In this document: one piece after another, positions 11,118 through 24,094 of the stretch
Numbering within the stretch: position 1 is the first letter of the stretch
How the letters are laid out: every line of letters starts with the position of its first letter
Assembly (NCBI GenBank): GCA_040954595.2
Contig: CM082590.2
Location: forward strand, 4,898,001 to 4,962,000
DNA length: 64,000 bases
DNA from: Balanoglossus misakiensis
Lineage: Eukaryota; Animalia; Hemichordata
Reading direction: 5' to 3'
Translations under genes and position numbers: made by a program
The notes under the pieces: generated by a model
Seen by the model: only the letters and a program-made list of their open reading frames with translations
Databases searched by the model: none
Told to the model about the DNA's origin: nothing

Positions 11118-14100
11118 CTATTGTTTACTTGCCAGCTCACGAAAGTGAGTTTCACAAACCCAAATGACACCTGTGCCATATGCTATTGGCTGTAGGCCCC
11201 CAAACTGTCCATCTTCATCAGCTTTACCGAGAAAGCGTTGGAAATCTCTGCGGTGTAGTGATGATTTCATCTTTTCTAACTCCTCCATGGACTTTTGTAG
11301 TGGCTCTCTGGATATGTCATTCAATTCTGGATACTTGCTTCCAAAATCATCCAAGAATTCTGACAGTAAGTTACCTGCTTTCCCAGCGATTGCTGGAACT
11401 GTTTTTGCTGCTGCAGCAGCAGTACCGGTTGGATCTGGAATGAACTTCAACAAACCACCAGCTTTCTCAATGAACTTCAGAATTCTACAGATATGTGGAC
11501 CATACTTCTTGAGAAAGCCATTCACATTTCTAACTCGATATCCTGGGAAATCGATGAAGTGCAACTGTTGTGGGTTTTCACAAAGCAAGTGGACTGCATA
11601 ACCATCAGAGAAGTGGGAAAACACATACTGTGTCAGTTGACCAACAATTGATAGGCTTCCTGTGTTAACTGACAGCATAACAAAGTGACTTGGGCAGCGC
11701 ATGTCTTTCGACATGTCAAATCTAGTCTGGGTAGAAATTGGTCTTTCTACACCATGCCACTGCAGTAGGTCTAACCTGTTGTCAAATGTGTGACTGTGTG
11801 ATTTGGGGATTGAACAGATGAGACTGTTTCCAACCTGTTTCATTTCTCCGATCTTAGGTTTACACTGAACGATACAGTGTGGGCATGATAGGGACTCTGG
11901 TACCTTCATATCAACATTCATGTACTGAGGGGTGTTGAGAACATCCTTCATGATGTCTTGGAGTTGTTGCAGGAGGCAACAAGCCTGTGGTCCCCTAACA
12001 CTGACAAGGATACTGTTGCTATGGTAAAGCAACTCAAAACGCACAAGGTGCGCAGCATTAACACTGCCATCAAAACCGCCTGACTTGACACATTCATCAC
12101 ATGGTTCCAACCTTTCATTGCAAAGAAACACAATGTTATTTCGTGTGTATGTGGGATGACTCGACTCTGCAAACATGGCCTTCTCATTGACCGCTACTAT
12201 TAGATCACAGAAAAACAGCGGAGGTAGAAAGCCAAATTCATAAAGTTGACTAGCCTGTCTGACTTTGTCTTTAGGGTATGGGTACCAACTATCTTGTGAT
12301 GGTTGACCAACAGGTAACTTACAAGGAAACAAATAACCCTTCTTTGCATCAACTGATGTTTGTTCCTCACCAAATGCAAAACAGATACGCAATGATGTAA
12401 AAACATCTAACAGTGAGCCACGATATTCACTTTCGATGTCTGCCCAGGCTTTTACCATGTTCTCCATTGACAGTATGCCATTGTTATCAATGAATTCCCC
12501 AGACCCATCTTCCCTTGCATAAGATATCAGTGTCTTCAATTTATTAGCCAGCCAATGGGGATCGAGTACTACCAGCACTTGCAGACCCTTGTCTGCAGTT
12601 GTAGATCTAGATGGATCAACCACTATGTCACCCTGACTACACAGAAAACTGGTTGCATTATCTAATGACACACCCTTTTCAATTCCAATGTTACCAGCAA
12701 TCTCCTGGTATTCCTTGAAGGTCATTACTGGGTTTGGATGTTTCAGTCGTTCTGATTTTAAGTTCTCTCGCAAGAGATTCCACTTTTCTGGGATTTCTGG
12801 GTTTGTTGATTCCAAAAGATTATCACAAACCTTTGTTAGTGCTTTTTGCAAATGTGCAATGCTCTTATTCCCCTTGTATAATATCCAATTTGGGAATTTT
12901 TCTGTGCTGCAAACCTCAACATATCCAACAACGTGTGGACAAGAAGTCAGAGCTCTTCCTTCTGAAGGAGGCATTCGACTTTCATCAACTAATTCCTCAT
13001 CACCATCAATACTCACATATCCAGCCAATCCCTTAAACATACTCTTTCTTTTCAGCACATCTTGGTTCTGACACACTAAGCAATCTTTGCGCATATTTTG
13101 ACGGTAGTGCTTGCAATGTGTGTCTCTCATTTCAACAAGTGTATCGTGAACCGTCTGCCAAATCAAGTCAAGCACAGCCCTGTTTAACATTGGCGCATCA
13201 GCATGGGTACCTACCAGAATAACTTGAGAATTTGGAGCATATGCAAACAGAGTCTGCAACCACAATTTCACTCTCCCCATTTGATGTGAAGATGACACCT
13301 TGTTCGTTGTTGAACTAATGGCAAATTTGCTGAGGTCAAAGGTGACCAAAAAGACACTGTCATCTGTAATAAACAGTGAATGTGATTCCAGAAAATCTAC
13401 ATCCCCAGCAAAATCAAACACGGTCAACTTTATATCTCTCTCTTTGAGATTTATTTCCGAGATGTCTATGCCATCAGTTTTCTTCACGTCTGATAATTCA
13501 CCCTTCAATGCTTGCACTAGAGTTGTTTTTCCTACACCTTCATGACCAACAAGAACTACCTTGACATTCCTATTAGGCAACGTCTTTGTGTTCAGAAATT
13601 CCTTCAGGTAAGACAAGACAGCTTTCTTACCACCCCTTAGAATTTCACGTGGTATGTTTATGCACGGATTTCTTTCTATGCTGATGTATTTACAATCAAC
13701 AAGTTTGCTCAACGATGGTGGTATCCTCTTAATTGAATTGTTACTCACATCCAATGTTGATAAACCAGGAATTGAACCGATGTCCTCCTGCAGATCAGTC
13801 AAACCATTGTTATTTAAGAACAACTGTTTAACACTCCCACAAGCTATGTGTATTACTTTCATTTTACTGCCTGTTCGAGGTGATTTCTTCACTTGGAGGG
13901 TACAGTGACTTACATTCAGTATTTCAAATGACCCAGGATATTGGATAGACCATGGTACAGGGATCTTAGTATCAATGCAGGTGAAATACCTAGCTGAGGG
14001 CAAAAGCCAACCAGCCACTTTCTCGGGATAAAAAGACTTAACACTGATTAAAGTGAGACTTTCCAATACCTTTATGTTTCTCACCTTCTTGATGTCGACA

Positions 14101-14324
14101 TTACATAACACTAATGAACTTATTTCTCTACCCTTCATAAGTTCATCTAACCTTGATAACGCTTTGCTGTCACCAACTACAATTGCCTTTACTTTCTTGC
14201 CACTGTCGTAAACGGTTGTCAACTTCTCATCCAAAGTGTCATCTGACAAGTCGAGGACTTCACTCGTCAAATTGGGTTTTTCAACTACAATTGATCCGAT
14301 CTTTCCAGCTTTCAGTAAATGTTT
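11118..14324 (-). CDS. ROCO gene, large terminal exon: LRRs, Roc GTPase, COR and a Cys/His C-terminal domain (MFHAS1-like; no kinase domain)
   Basis: LRRs (LFLNNNGLTDL, LDVSNNSIKRIP, ISIERNP), P-loop GHEGVGKTT, T-D-G-I-D-I, DFAGD, VGTHAD, and COR motifs (IPEKW, LDPHWL, YLFPCKLP). The 5' boundary is uncertain: acceptor at 14324, or at 14479 with a frameshift. Confidence 0.93.
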   Translation of the reverse strand, partial: KHLLKAGKIGSIVVEKPNLTSEVLDLSDDTLDEKLTTVYDSGKKVKAIVVGDSKALSRLDELMKGREISSLVLCNVDIKKVRNIKVLESLTLISVKSFYPEKVAGWLLPSARYFTCIDTKIPVPWSIQYPGSFEILNVSHCTLQVKKSPRTGSKMKVIHIACGSVKQLFLNNNGLTDLQEDIGSIPGLSTLDVSNNSIKRIPPSLSKLVDCKYISIERNPCINIPREILRGGKKAVLSYLKEFLNTKTLPNRNVKVVLVGHEGVGKTTLVQALKGELSDVKKTDGIDISEINLKERDIKLTVFDFAGDVDFLESHSLFITDDSVFLVTFDLSKFAISSTTNKVSSSHQMGRVKLWLQTLFAYAPNSQVILVGTHADAPMLNRAVLDLIWQTVHDTLVEMRDTHCKHYRQNMRKDCLVCQNQDVLKRKSMFKGLAGYVSIDGDEELVDESRMPPSEGRALTSCPHVVGYVEVCSTEKFPNWILYKGNKSIAHLQKALTKVCDNLLESTNPEIPEKWNLLRENLKSERLKHPNPVMTFKEYQEIAGNIGIEKGVSLDNATSFLCSQGDIVVDPSRSTTADKGLQVLVVLDPHWLANKLKTLISYAREDGSGEFIDNNGILSMENMVKAWADIESEYRGSLLDVFTSLRICFAFGEEQTSVDAKKGYLFPCKLPVGQPSQDSWYPYPKDKVRQASQLYEFGFLPPLFFCDLIVAVNEKAMFAESSHPTYTRNNIVFLCNERLEPCDECVKSGGFDGSVNAAHLVRFELLYHSNSILVSVRGPQACCLLQQLQDIMKDVLNTPQYMNVDMKVPESLSCPHCIVQCKPKIGEMKQVGNSLICSIPKSHSHTFDNRLDLLQWHGVERPISTQTRFDMSKDMRCPSHFVMLSVNTGSLSIVGQLTQYVFSHFSDGYAVHLLCENPQQLHFIDFPGYRVRNVNGFLKKYGPHICRILKFIEKAGGLLKFIPDPTGTAAAAAKTVPAIAGKAGNLLSEFLDDFGSKYPELNDISREPLQKSMEELEKMKSSLHRRDFQRFLGKADEDGQFGGLQPIAYGTGVIWVCETHFRELASKQ

Positions 14325-14987
14325 CTGAAAAAAAGAAGGCATCCAATGATTTCCTTCAGTATCTAACACATGAACGACAGTATACTACACATTGAAGATT
14401 CATCAATACGTTCTTCGCGGACTAAATAAGACATAGTTTCTCTTTCTGGATTTGTGTACTGGTGCAATCGTTCTTTTGTCTGAAAACAGAACGCATTCAA
14501 TGAATCCAGAACGATAGCGACTGCTTGTACATACAATTCATCTATTCATTCTTTAACATGTATGATTCAGAGAGCCTTGTTAGACTCTTAAACAGTTACT
14601 ATTCTTTAATTCACTTTGTTCCGTTGTTCTTCTGTAGTTTCTCTTTCTTGATAGGTGGACTTATAATCTTTTATGCATAATGTGCATGCCCTATGCTCAT
14701 TCATATCATATTGCTAGATTCTGATTGCCATACATGTACCGCTATTACTTCTTTACAGGGTGCTGTGATGAACACAGATGTAGTCCCACTTTGTAGGTTT
14801 CTGCGCTAACATTGTTGCATGTATTAGGTATGAAAATCTAAATTCCTATATCTTACATGATACATGATGGTATGAGTAGGTTCATATTGCCGTACTTGTA
14901 CTGCAGAATTTTTTTCTGTGTGTGGAGATGTAGGGAAATTGTGCAGATAACATATCAACAGTACTGATATATAAATTGGGAATTCAC

Positions 14988-15056
14988 CTTGGTTGATGAT
15001 AGTGATACACGGGAATATGACAGCAATGTAAACAGCACTGTCCCATCATGGTGTAG
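14988..15056 (-). CDS. ROCO gene, probable linker exon (LHHDGTVLFTLLSYSRVSLSSTK)
   Basis: ctatAG acceptor, AAG|GTGAAT donor, 69 bp, phase 0-0, open. Confidence 0.55.
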
Positions 15057-15819
15057 CTATAGGTTGAAAGAAGAATAAACATAGTTTATGAAATATATCA
15101 ATGTCTGAACCTCTTCTTTTGATAGTTATATAATTATATTTTTCATCTCAGGAAAGATGTGAATAAACCTAGCATTAATGTGTCTAAACATTTACAAAGC
15201 ATTACCAATCGCTCAGAAGTGTGTTGACACATATCGATCATTGCAGTGTATGAGTTAAACATCAGAAAATCTGCATGGCCTGCTTTATTCTGCTTTTTTT
15301 CTGTTCGCGTGTGATTAATTGTACATTTGCCGTAAACAAAAGTGATATTATCGGATAAACAATGAAACATTAACAATAATACTTTATATTTCATATTGTT
15401 TTTATTTTCTGAGACGGGTTGGCAGGACAGACTAAGCATCTTATGGGTTTCTGTGTCTGAAATGTTGGAACTGATATTTTGATGTGTTATGCATGTAATG
15501 AGAAACGACCGTGCAACTTAAATAATGCATAATTAATTATTATAACATGACTGCGTTTGTTTTACATAGAAATCTGCAGTAGTCTGTCAGCGGTAATTTT
15601 ACCCAGACTAGGCTTTTTGAGCTTATTTAATTCTATTCAAGTTCCCAGCCTGTGAAGAAGCTTGACTCCGACATTAGAACGTCTGTCCTACTAAACACCA
15701 TGTCCTCAATGTGCGTTTACAAGCAATTGCAAGGATTTGTGGTGATGTTCTGTCTTTGACCAAGTGTTTTGATCAAGGATATAACACTACCACCATGTCT
15801 GGACTTGATAGATACATAC

Positions 15820-15861
15820 CTTCAACTTTTCTACTGCGAAATCCAAAGGGGTTTCGCCATC
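15820..15861 (-). CDS. ROCO gene, ankyrin exon (DGETPLDFAVEKLK)
   Basis: ttttAG acceptor, AAG|GTATGT donor, 42 bp, phase 0-0, ankyrin G-x-TPL motif. Confidence 0.85.
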
Positions 15862-18800
15862 CTAAAATATAAGAAGCCATATAACAGAGTTTATCGCTTG
15901 TTTTTTATTGTTTGTCTGTCAGACCTACAGAAATATTTATCTGGACAGCTTAAAGTCTGTATAGCATGCGAGAGATTGCTTTTGATTTTATAATAAAAGA
16001 GGTATGAATAGAAGGCACAAAAACAAACAGTGCTTATGAATTATAAGCACTGTTCGTTATAAACTATAGTCTAGCGCTTGCCAAAGCTCGCAAAATATTG
16101 TCTGTGCATGAATGCACTGGAAAGTAAAATGGCCGCAAGAGCGACCAACGTAATGCCATGTTGCTTCTTGTCACAGTCTGGTCTATGTTTGTTAAAGCTT
16201 TAATAAAAGGATCATTCCCCACTGGTCAAAACTGTACACGTGGTTTGGATGTCTAAAGCTATGTTGTCTACAACTTCACCGCCATTGAATGAAAACAAAA
16301 CAAGAATAATTTCCACAAAGTCAGCCAGCATGTTGGGGAGCCATAATAATCTCATGAACTCTCACGGCAGATAACCATCCACCTGAAGTACCCGATAATA
16401 TCAACCGAAAACTGGGTGATAAACGTTGGAATTTCGTGAAAAATTCAGGAATGACACAAAATTCTTGCCTACGGGCGAAACTTAAACAGGAACAGTCAGT
16501 TGTGTCCACAATTAAAAAATCCCCCGGACCGCCATATTTTAAGCAAATTTCAGGCAAAATGGGTGTACGGTGGTCACCGATTCCACTAAATGACAATAAA
16601 TCACCAAACGAAACTATGTTTCAACTCACTTCGGAAACACATGGCCGACGACTGTTAATATACGAGAGAATACAACAAATGTAATGGATAGCCTCACACT
16701 TCACTGTGTAAAGCGCGTCGGGGATCTACTTCAGCGACTACATTTAATACTCAGACGTCCATTCTACCTGACTTCACTGCTAGTGGCGCCCTGCAACAGC
16801 CAATTTTACTTTGGCATCAGTCACTTGTAAGTGAAGTAATGCAGTTTTCATCAAGTCTTATTTGTTTTCTATCTTTAGGATTATGATCAACGAAAAACTA
16901 GTGCGGTCGAACTGTATTTGGCAAAGTTTCAGGGTAACAATTTAATCGCCGTGATTATTTCAAAGAGTTTAGTTAAAACCTGAGTGACGGGTATTGTACG
17001 GGCATTGCACATGTAGGGTCATGTTTAGATTGACAATGCCATAGGTGCTAATTTGTGTCCGTCTTCGGGACTATCGGCAACGAACAACCAATAAGTTTAA
17101 AACACAATATCTCAGTTTCGTAATGGTTCAGATGACTGTTTATGAAGGAATCCCACGTTATATATCAGGGTTTCACGTTCGCTTTCGTTTTAAACATTGT
17201 CAAATGCTCAACATGTGCTGTGTTGTCTGCTATCATCGTTATGACGTATCAGAAAAACAGTGCAATTACGTGTAGTTTTGTAAGAACATCTAAATTCCCG
17301 CCGTGAGAGAGATGTGTTTGAGGGTTTGTTTACCTGGGAATTCATCAAAATGTTTTTTGGGTGTACATTCGGTTAATCTGATTTCCCGCGCTCTGTTGAC
17401 GCATAAGCCTCACAAAAATTTCGCTATGTTTTATTCTCTTTTTTTCTAGTGAGTTTGAGACAATTTCTCTGTTATTCTTTGGTGAACCAGTGGTCTTCTT
17501 GGTGCTTGCCCATACGCGTTGTACTGTTGTTTATGTAGCAATTAGAGATGTAACTAGTCAAAACGGATTATGCAATATAAAAAATAGAACATATATTTCC
17601 ACGGATAACGACCTAGTTATGTTTAATCTCTTCCATTGTGTTTGGAATATATTGAATGTTTCAACAACAGAGTAAAACCATGTTAGAGGAATTATCAGTT
17701 TGGACTTCATTGCTGAAAACCTAGTCATTCCCAAACAGTATGAATTATGCAGCACCTGATATGTGGGCGCAGAAGTCTTGATGGGTGAAACGTGTGACGG
17801 ATCTCAGCAAATCTGACATTCTATCAGAGACTGAATTTTTTTTTGGATGCACTTTTTTCTAATAACCCACCGATGTACCTCAGCTTCCAAGTCCCCAAAA
17901 TGGTTGGATTTGATATGTAAAGTCGTTGTGTCCGTGTCAATTGAAATATCCAGAAATATCATGCAAGGGATGAAGGGAACAGCATTCAGCCGTCTCGATG
18001 GACTCTTGCACGCTCAAATGACGGATGCAACGCACCGAGTGTGTAATGTGTTGAAAACTACATCTGCTCGTTCTGAACCTTCAGCGCAACCAAAGTCATC
18101 TAATTAATACATCGGTACACACAAACATACGACACAATACAACACAGAACACAGCACTCGGCATGAAATGAAAGCAGCAAATGCTCCAGCGAAGCCAGAG
18201 TTATGACCGTATGTATATGTATACTCATACACATCTGAATATCAAGTTTGCATTGGCTTTATGGCTGCCAAACAGAAAGTTTATTTCAGGGTTTTGACAA
18301 CACGTGGTAAAAGGCAAGCCAAGTTCTGACATGAACATTGCGATCATACTGGTGAATTTTACGGCTTCCCAGCAGCCAGCAATCTAGACTTATCAACTGA
18401 AGACCCATCTCCGAAAAAGTTGGATTTTCAGAAATTTGCACTTAGTTTAATTCCACTTTCCTCACGCAACGGAAGAGGTGGAATGTTTTAAAAAATCTAT
18501 GCTTTTCACTAGCTTCCGGCCATTTGCATAATACGCTCTTTACGGAAACAACAAACTGTACCCGGAAACACCTACACTAAATGATTTCATGTCTTCTTAC
18601 AAACACAGAGAAAAAACTGCCAGATTTGATCACCATGAAATTTTACCCATCCTAAATGCAAAATACATAATTTATTTATCAAGCTATCGGCCGACCTCAT
18701 TATGGCCAGTTTCTACGGCTATTTAAGCCTACGTTGCGAAATTTGGATTGAGCATAATGTTTGAATCGTGAACTGGTAGCGTAGGTCGCACTATATAGGG

Positions 18801-19354
18801 ATTACTCGATATACTCATGTCATCAATGGTGCCATTTAATTGCTGTCATGCCACGTCTACGCTATGGTGGGCTGTTTCATTCATTGTAAAAATGAATTCT
18901 AAAAATCTAATTTCAGGGATTTGTGGGTACATTTTCATCAACAAACTTTTAGCGGCAAGGCGAGTGCTTCCGTTTACATGTAAAGTTTTATAACCAGTAT
19001 ATTTTAATGCAAGATGGCAGGCTAAATATTTATTGATCAGTACTGGAATAGAGGATTTCTTTCATGCTTATATCAGTGAGAGGGGTTCTCATTTATTTGA
19101 CCTATACTATGATACATATTAATATTTACAATAATATAAATCTGCTGATCTTGATTTCCCATTCAACAAAATCAAACAAAATTTCTTGCTCATAATAATT
19201 GATTTCTCTGTTTAATCCATGACAAACTGTGCTTTTAAAGAAAAAATACATTGAAATTTTTAAAGAATCCATAATTAACAAGACAGGCTGTCATTGGTAA
19301 AAATAGGTTGTAACGTCTGGGTTGTTGGGAACATGGCAGAGGGATAGACGTTAA

Positions 19355-19645
19355 TTATTTAAGCAATAAATGATTGTCCAGTTCAACTCCATATACGCAC
19401 TCGCTATCGCTCGTGCGTATATGTCGTGAACTGGTCAAAATCTCGTGGTATACCATGGCTGGGGGTGTTTTATTGCTATTATATTATGCCAGTATATTGA
19501 AACTTTGCATAAAACATTTTAAAAAGGCATTTTCTTTGACTATGATATATGACTGTGGTATATGGCTAATATATCACGGTCACGTGTCGTGTCTCGACCA
19601 ATCAAATAGCGTGATTTACACCATCAATATACTGGTATAATATAA
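19355..19645. mobile_element. Small non-autonomous element with two consecutive inverted-repeat pairs (Crypton-like architecture)
   Basis: Pairs agcaataaa/tttattgct and tattatgccagtatattga/tcaatatactggtataata, plus an internal hairpin atatacgcac...gtgcgtatat. The family assignment is inference. Confidence 0.5.
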
Positions 19646-20313
19646 TTATTTTTATTTACCTATGTTCAATAGAATTAGTGTGATTACATTAACTTACGTT
19701 GGTCTGCACATCGATGCTGGCATTGGATTGCAGTAGAAGTCCAACCACGTCACCATGGCCATGCCATGCTGCAATGTGTAACGGTGCCTGACCATACTGT
19801 GGGAATACAACAAAAATGTGTCACTGAAAATCCCTGACTATAACCGTCTAAGGGAACACACAGTATTTCATTAAACATGCACTGTAACACACATTCTGAA
19901 ACATTCATTTTGAGATGGCACAACATGTTTTGCCGAAACGTTTTTTTTCGGGGGGGGGGGGGATAAATTAATAGAAGGATACATCCCAGTCCCCCATATA
20001 ATGGACATGAGTGCATGTTGTTGTGATAGGGCTGTGTCCTTTGAGGGTACATTAACATCACAGGTATTCTTTTACTAAAGATTTATGATACGTGCGTGTG
20101 TTGTTTTCATTTGAAGATGCCCTCTGTACAATACCCTCAAACTGACAATGATCTACATTTTATAAAAGCCTAGACAGCATTTTCATTACCCCTTAAAAGA
20201 GCATTGGAATTAGTCGATCAAAGAACGCCAATTATGAATGAAAGGTAAGAAATATGCGGAACCACTATTGACATTCAAATGATTATGGTGGACTTCAGCC
20301 AGACAACTTTTTT

Positions 20314-20454
20314 TAGTCTCGCCAGCCAGACCCCTCTCTCTGTCATTCGACGGCATAGCTACACGAAGTGCGCCACGAGCGGTGAAGCCACAAGAATCGA
20401 GCATCGGAGACAACGTCGCCGCTTGTGGCGCCCTTCGTGTGCCTGGCCGAGACT
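20314..20454. mobile_element. Degenerate TAGTCTC-ended MITE, related to the element at 49419-49515
   Basis: Begins tagtctcgccagccagac and ends ...ctggccgagact. Confidence 0.4.
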
Positions 20455-21161
20455 TCGACTGAAAGCAAGGTGATGACGGTTTATGAAAGAATCCCACTTT
20501 GTAGATTTTCGGTTGAAAAGTCATCCCAAGTGTTGGGATTTTTCCGTTGGAAAAATGACCCTTCTGGGTGGCACATACCCGTACACCTACCTATGGGAGT
20601 ACCCCCACCCCCACCCCCGGCATGTTGTGCAGGATACATGGCACCCCGACATTTTACAATTATTTATTTTCGGAGCTTTTTTTCGCTTCGCCGTTGTTAC
20701 TGACATCTAATGCACTACATTTTGTTTAAATATAAAATAAATGTGTCATCGTGCATGTACCAATAGTTCATGATAAGGTCCGGTCATAAAGTTAACTATT
20801 GGTAGATTATTTATCGAAAAATCTAATTATGAATTTCGATATGAACACCCTGATCCCAACCTCTCGAATTAATGGACATTTTAATAAAATATTGCTTTAT
20901 AGTTGTATGATATTCAAAAGTGAATTGGTTGGTCTCAAAAGAGATATGAATTTAACTTGGCCACAGGTATAGCGCCGGGCCTAAAACTCTCCCTCAAACT
21001 CTTTCATACTCTTCATAATCCTATTATGTGTGTCGGTTTATTGCAGTAACACTAGTTTCGTGATTGACATCCCGAAGGTCGTCAACACTACAAAATATAA
21101 GTACAGTATCACCTTTTTGGCCGTTCGGGCTATTGGTGAGTAAGCATGTAAAGCCACTTAC

Positions 21162-21260
21162 ATCATTCTTAGCATTGACGTCAGCTCCATGGTCGATCAA
21201 CACTTGTGCCGCTTCCAGTTTATTTTCGCCGGCCGCTACATGCAATGCTGTCGATTCAGT
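21162..21260 (-). CDS. ROCO gene, ankyrin-repeat exon (TESTALHVAAGENKLEAAQVLIDHGADVNAKND)
   Basis: 99 bp equals one 33-aa ankyrin repeat; tttcAG acceptor, GTAAGT donor, phase 0-0. Confidence 0.92.
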
Positions 21261-23085
21261 CTGAAATTGACAAATTCATTTGAATTAAAATGAACACAAG
21301 CTATGTTCCAATGTTGGACTTGTAAGGTGACATGGCTATAATTTCACTGGAATTGATTTGTAACTATAAGTGTTGACTTATATTATGTGTTAAATGTGTG
21401 TAGCATCTGTAGTTGTTTCAGACCAAAACACTCTATTGTTTCAGAGAACATTTATAACGTGTCCTATATATATTTATAACAAGTGTAACATTATAAAATT
21501 CTAATATAATGTAGCGCACTATACATGTTTATGCACACTCATCGGCCCCACAGGTCTTAATATCATTTCATAAATTACGTTGATATGTTGAAATTTTCAA
21601 TCAGGTGATACACACAACACACACAATCCCTTGTGTTTCTTTGTTGATGTAAGTTTAGGTTTAGCATTGTTAAGGTACATCAATGTTTTAATTATTGAAT
21701 GTTGCTAGGAAACATCAGGAAAAGAATTGTGTAAACCAGTCTGGAAATTTCTCTCTAATTTGTCTTTTTTTTACAAACGTTTGTAGAATCCATTGTACGG
21801 AACCGAAATCACCTTTGTCTTTTCTTCAATTTTAAACTCTAAACGTTCTGGTTCACTGAATTTAACAACTAATATAAAAGGAAAATTGTGGTCGCGCAAA
21901 TAAGTGTGAAAGTTGAGATCACTAAACAAATTGAATTCGCCCTTCTAATAAACGTAAGAACTTTGTTTGTTGAATTTATGTGACCAATCTGATATCAGAT
22001 GTAGAGTTAGGCGTTGTCTTTACCTATGGTGATCATTTTGACTGTTCTGTTTTCTCGGGTGGATGGTCCCTATCCGAACAGAAAAGCCAAGAATCAGCAA
22101 TAGTAAAGCCACCGCCTAACATCCGATTTAACCAGATAGTTATGTGCCAATCTGAAACGGTGTCTAAGCTTACAATGGCACATAATGCATGGGGCACATG
22201 CAATCACTAGCTTCCTCCACAAATAAAGATTTCGTCCAAATGGCAATTCTTCAGCCTGCAATGCCACAGATTCCACATATTCTTCGGGTGTCCGCAAATG
22301 AAACATTTCAGCCTGGCCTTGTCACGACTCTGATATTCTCCCTGTATTCCCCATAGACAAGCAATATGTCCTTACTCTGGCATTGTTCTATGTCCATTGA
22401 GGTACAATAACACAGTCATCTCCACACATGTGTGTTTACTCAATCAAGTAATTTCTACAGCTAAGATATCCATCAAAGAGCCAGAGGAAATAAATATTAC
22501 AATCAATCAATCAACAGCTGACCAACCTCAAAGATTCAAATCACGCCTGAAGAATACACTTGTAATACAAACACCACAGACTAAAGAAATCCACACCTTT
22601 TGTTTATAAGGGCAATCAACGGCAATCTTTTCCATGACCATATTCACCTGAATTCCAGATTGACTTACAACGTGGGATTTTTAATCTCTATGTTGTGTCG
22701 CTTTTGGGGTTTTAATTTTTTTGTAAACACTTTCATTTATTATGACATTTGCATCCATCTAGAATTGTCAACAACCGCGCCACAGACTGTTACTGGTCAC
22801 AATATACAGATACTTGGACATTTCATCCAACACTATGTTCTTGTTCGTTTCAGTTTCAAATTTTCTTTCTAACTTCAAATTGCTATAAGAGAAACAAAGG
22901 ATGAAACAAGCTTTATTGTCTGACACATGTTTTCTATTTAAAATGCATTAAGCTTGTATATGAAACACAGGAAAGGTTTGCGTTCATCAGTGAGTCAAGG
23001 TCAAATCGTTTGCCGCTTCTGATTCATTACCTGTGTGACTTGGTTGTACGTGTGAAATGTTGAGTGAGGCAGTGTAAATACTTAC

Positions 23086-23184
23086 CCAGATCGAGTATTG
23101 AACCTTTGCATTGACATCATAGCCATCAGCTATCAACGACCGAATCCTTGCAACATCACCATCATCAGCGGCTTTAATGAGATC
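23086..23184 (-). CDS. ROCO gene, first ankyrin exon (DLIKAADDGDVARIRSLIADGYDVNAKVQYSIW)
   Basis: 99 bp, ttatAG acceptor, GTAAGT donor, phase 0-0, ankyrin pattern L..AA..GD......L...G.DVN. Confidence 0.9.
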
Positions 23185-23909
23185 CTATAACATTCAGTGA
23201 AACATACAATTGTTGTTTTTTAAATATTGCGTTATATATAAAATTCTTCAGAATTTTAACTGATCTTCGATAATGAATAAACAAAATCACAAACACCAAG
23301 ATATCATACCTAAACTGTTACATCACATTGTATAAACTTTGTGCATCGATGATATGTTAATGTATTCTAATTACACATAAACGTACACGGCTTACACCAA
23401 AATATAGATACATGTACTGGAAAATGCCCGGATGAGCCCATGGACTCATGATACGACAAAGGTCTCAAGAGAACGGTGAACAAATGAAATGAGAGTATCA
23501 CCATGAATGTTTGTCCAAACTGTGTGGGCAAGTTATTGTGTAGCTGTAGTAGTGTGTGGGTCGTGCGACAGCTTTGTATACCTGGTGTGCTTCCCAAGAA
23601 GCAGTTTTGACTGTATGATAGGGCTTGCATGATTTCCATAAAAGAAACGTGAACAAGGTAATGGTCAATTCACTGTCCAGCCACTCTATTGTTATAGTCT
23701 ACAGATTTGGGATCTCGTTCTGTTGGTCAGAACACGAAATCCACAACCGACGGTCAGCAAATAACGTCACAGCACGGCTGTCACTACACGGCCAAACAGA
23801 TAACACTTGTTTCCGTTGTGATCAGCCACAAAGTCATGGTTGATGTAGACAAGCTTCTTTCTATCGGTTAGAATGTCTCATTTTTATAGTAGTTAACCGT
23901 ATGCGCTTA

Positions 23910-24094
23910 GGGACTGGTCAGTTTCTTCGGCCGGGGTGGATTCTATTTTGTGGATATCAAAAACTGACTGACCCAACTCCCTTATTGAACCAGGAAAATT
24001 GGGTGACCCCCCCTTCACTCAATTCCAAAACAGGGTGACCTCCCCATGACTCCATCCACCCCCCTCCCCATGGCCGAAGAAACTGACCAGTCCC
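23910..24094. mobile_element. PIF/Harbinger (Tourist-like) MITE
   Basis: 23-bp TIR GGGACTGGTCAGTTTCTTCGGCC and 3-bp TTA TSD on both sides. Confidence 0.85.

Noticed and set aside
11118-14369. LRRK1/LRRK2 or DAPK orthologue
   Set aside because: No kinase, WD40 or death domain is visible, so no gene symbol was assigned.
15645-15690. Hammerhead/Penelope-like motif (ctgtgaagaag...agaacgtc)
   Set aside because: The CUGANGA and GAAA cores and the stems are not intact.
17870-18105. Additional ROCO exon
   Set aside because: All three minus-strand frames from the candidate acceptor hit stops, and there is no ankyrin or LRR pattern.
22090-22400. Possible zf-UBP-like coding remnant on the minus strand (CFICG...NLWHC...C...CG)
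   Set aside because: It contains stops, needs frameshifts and has no clear splice sites, so the resemblance is too weak.
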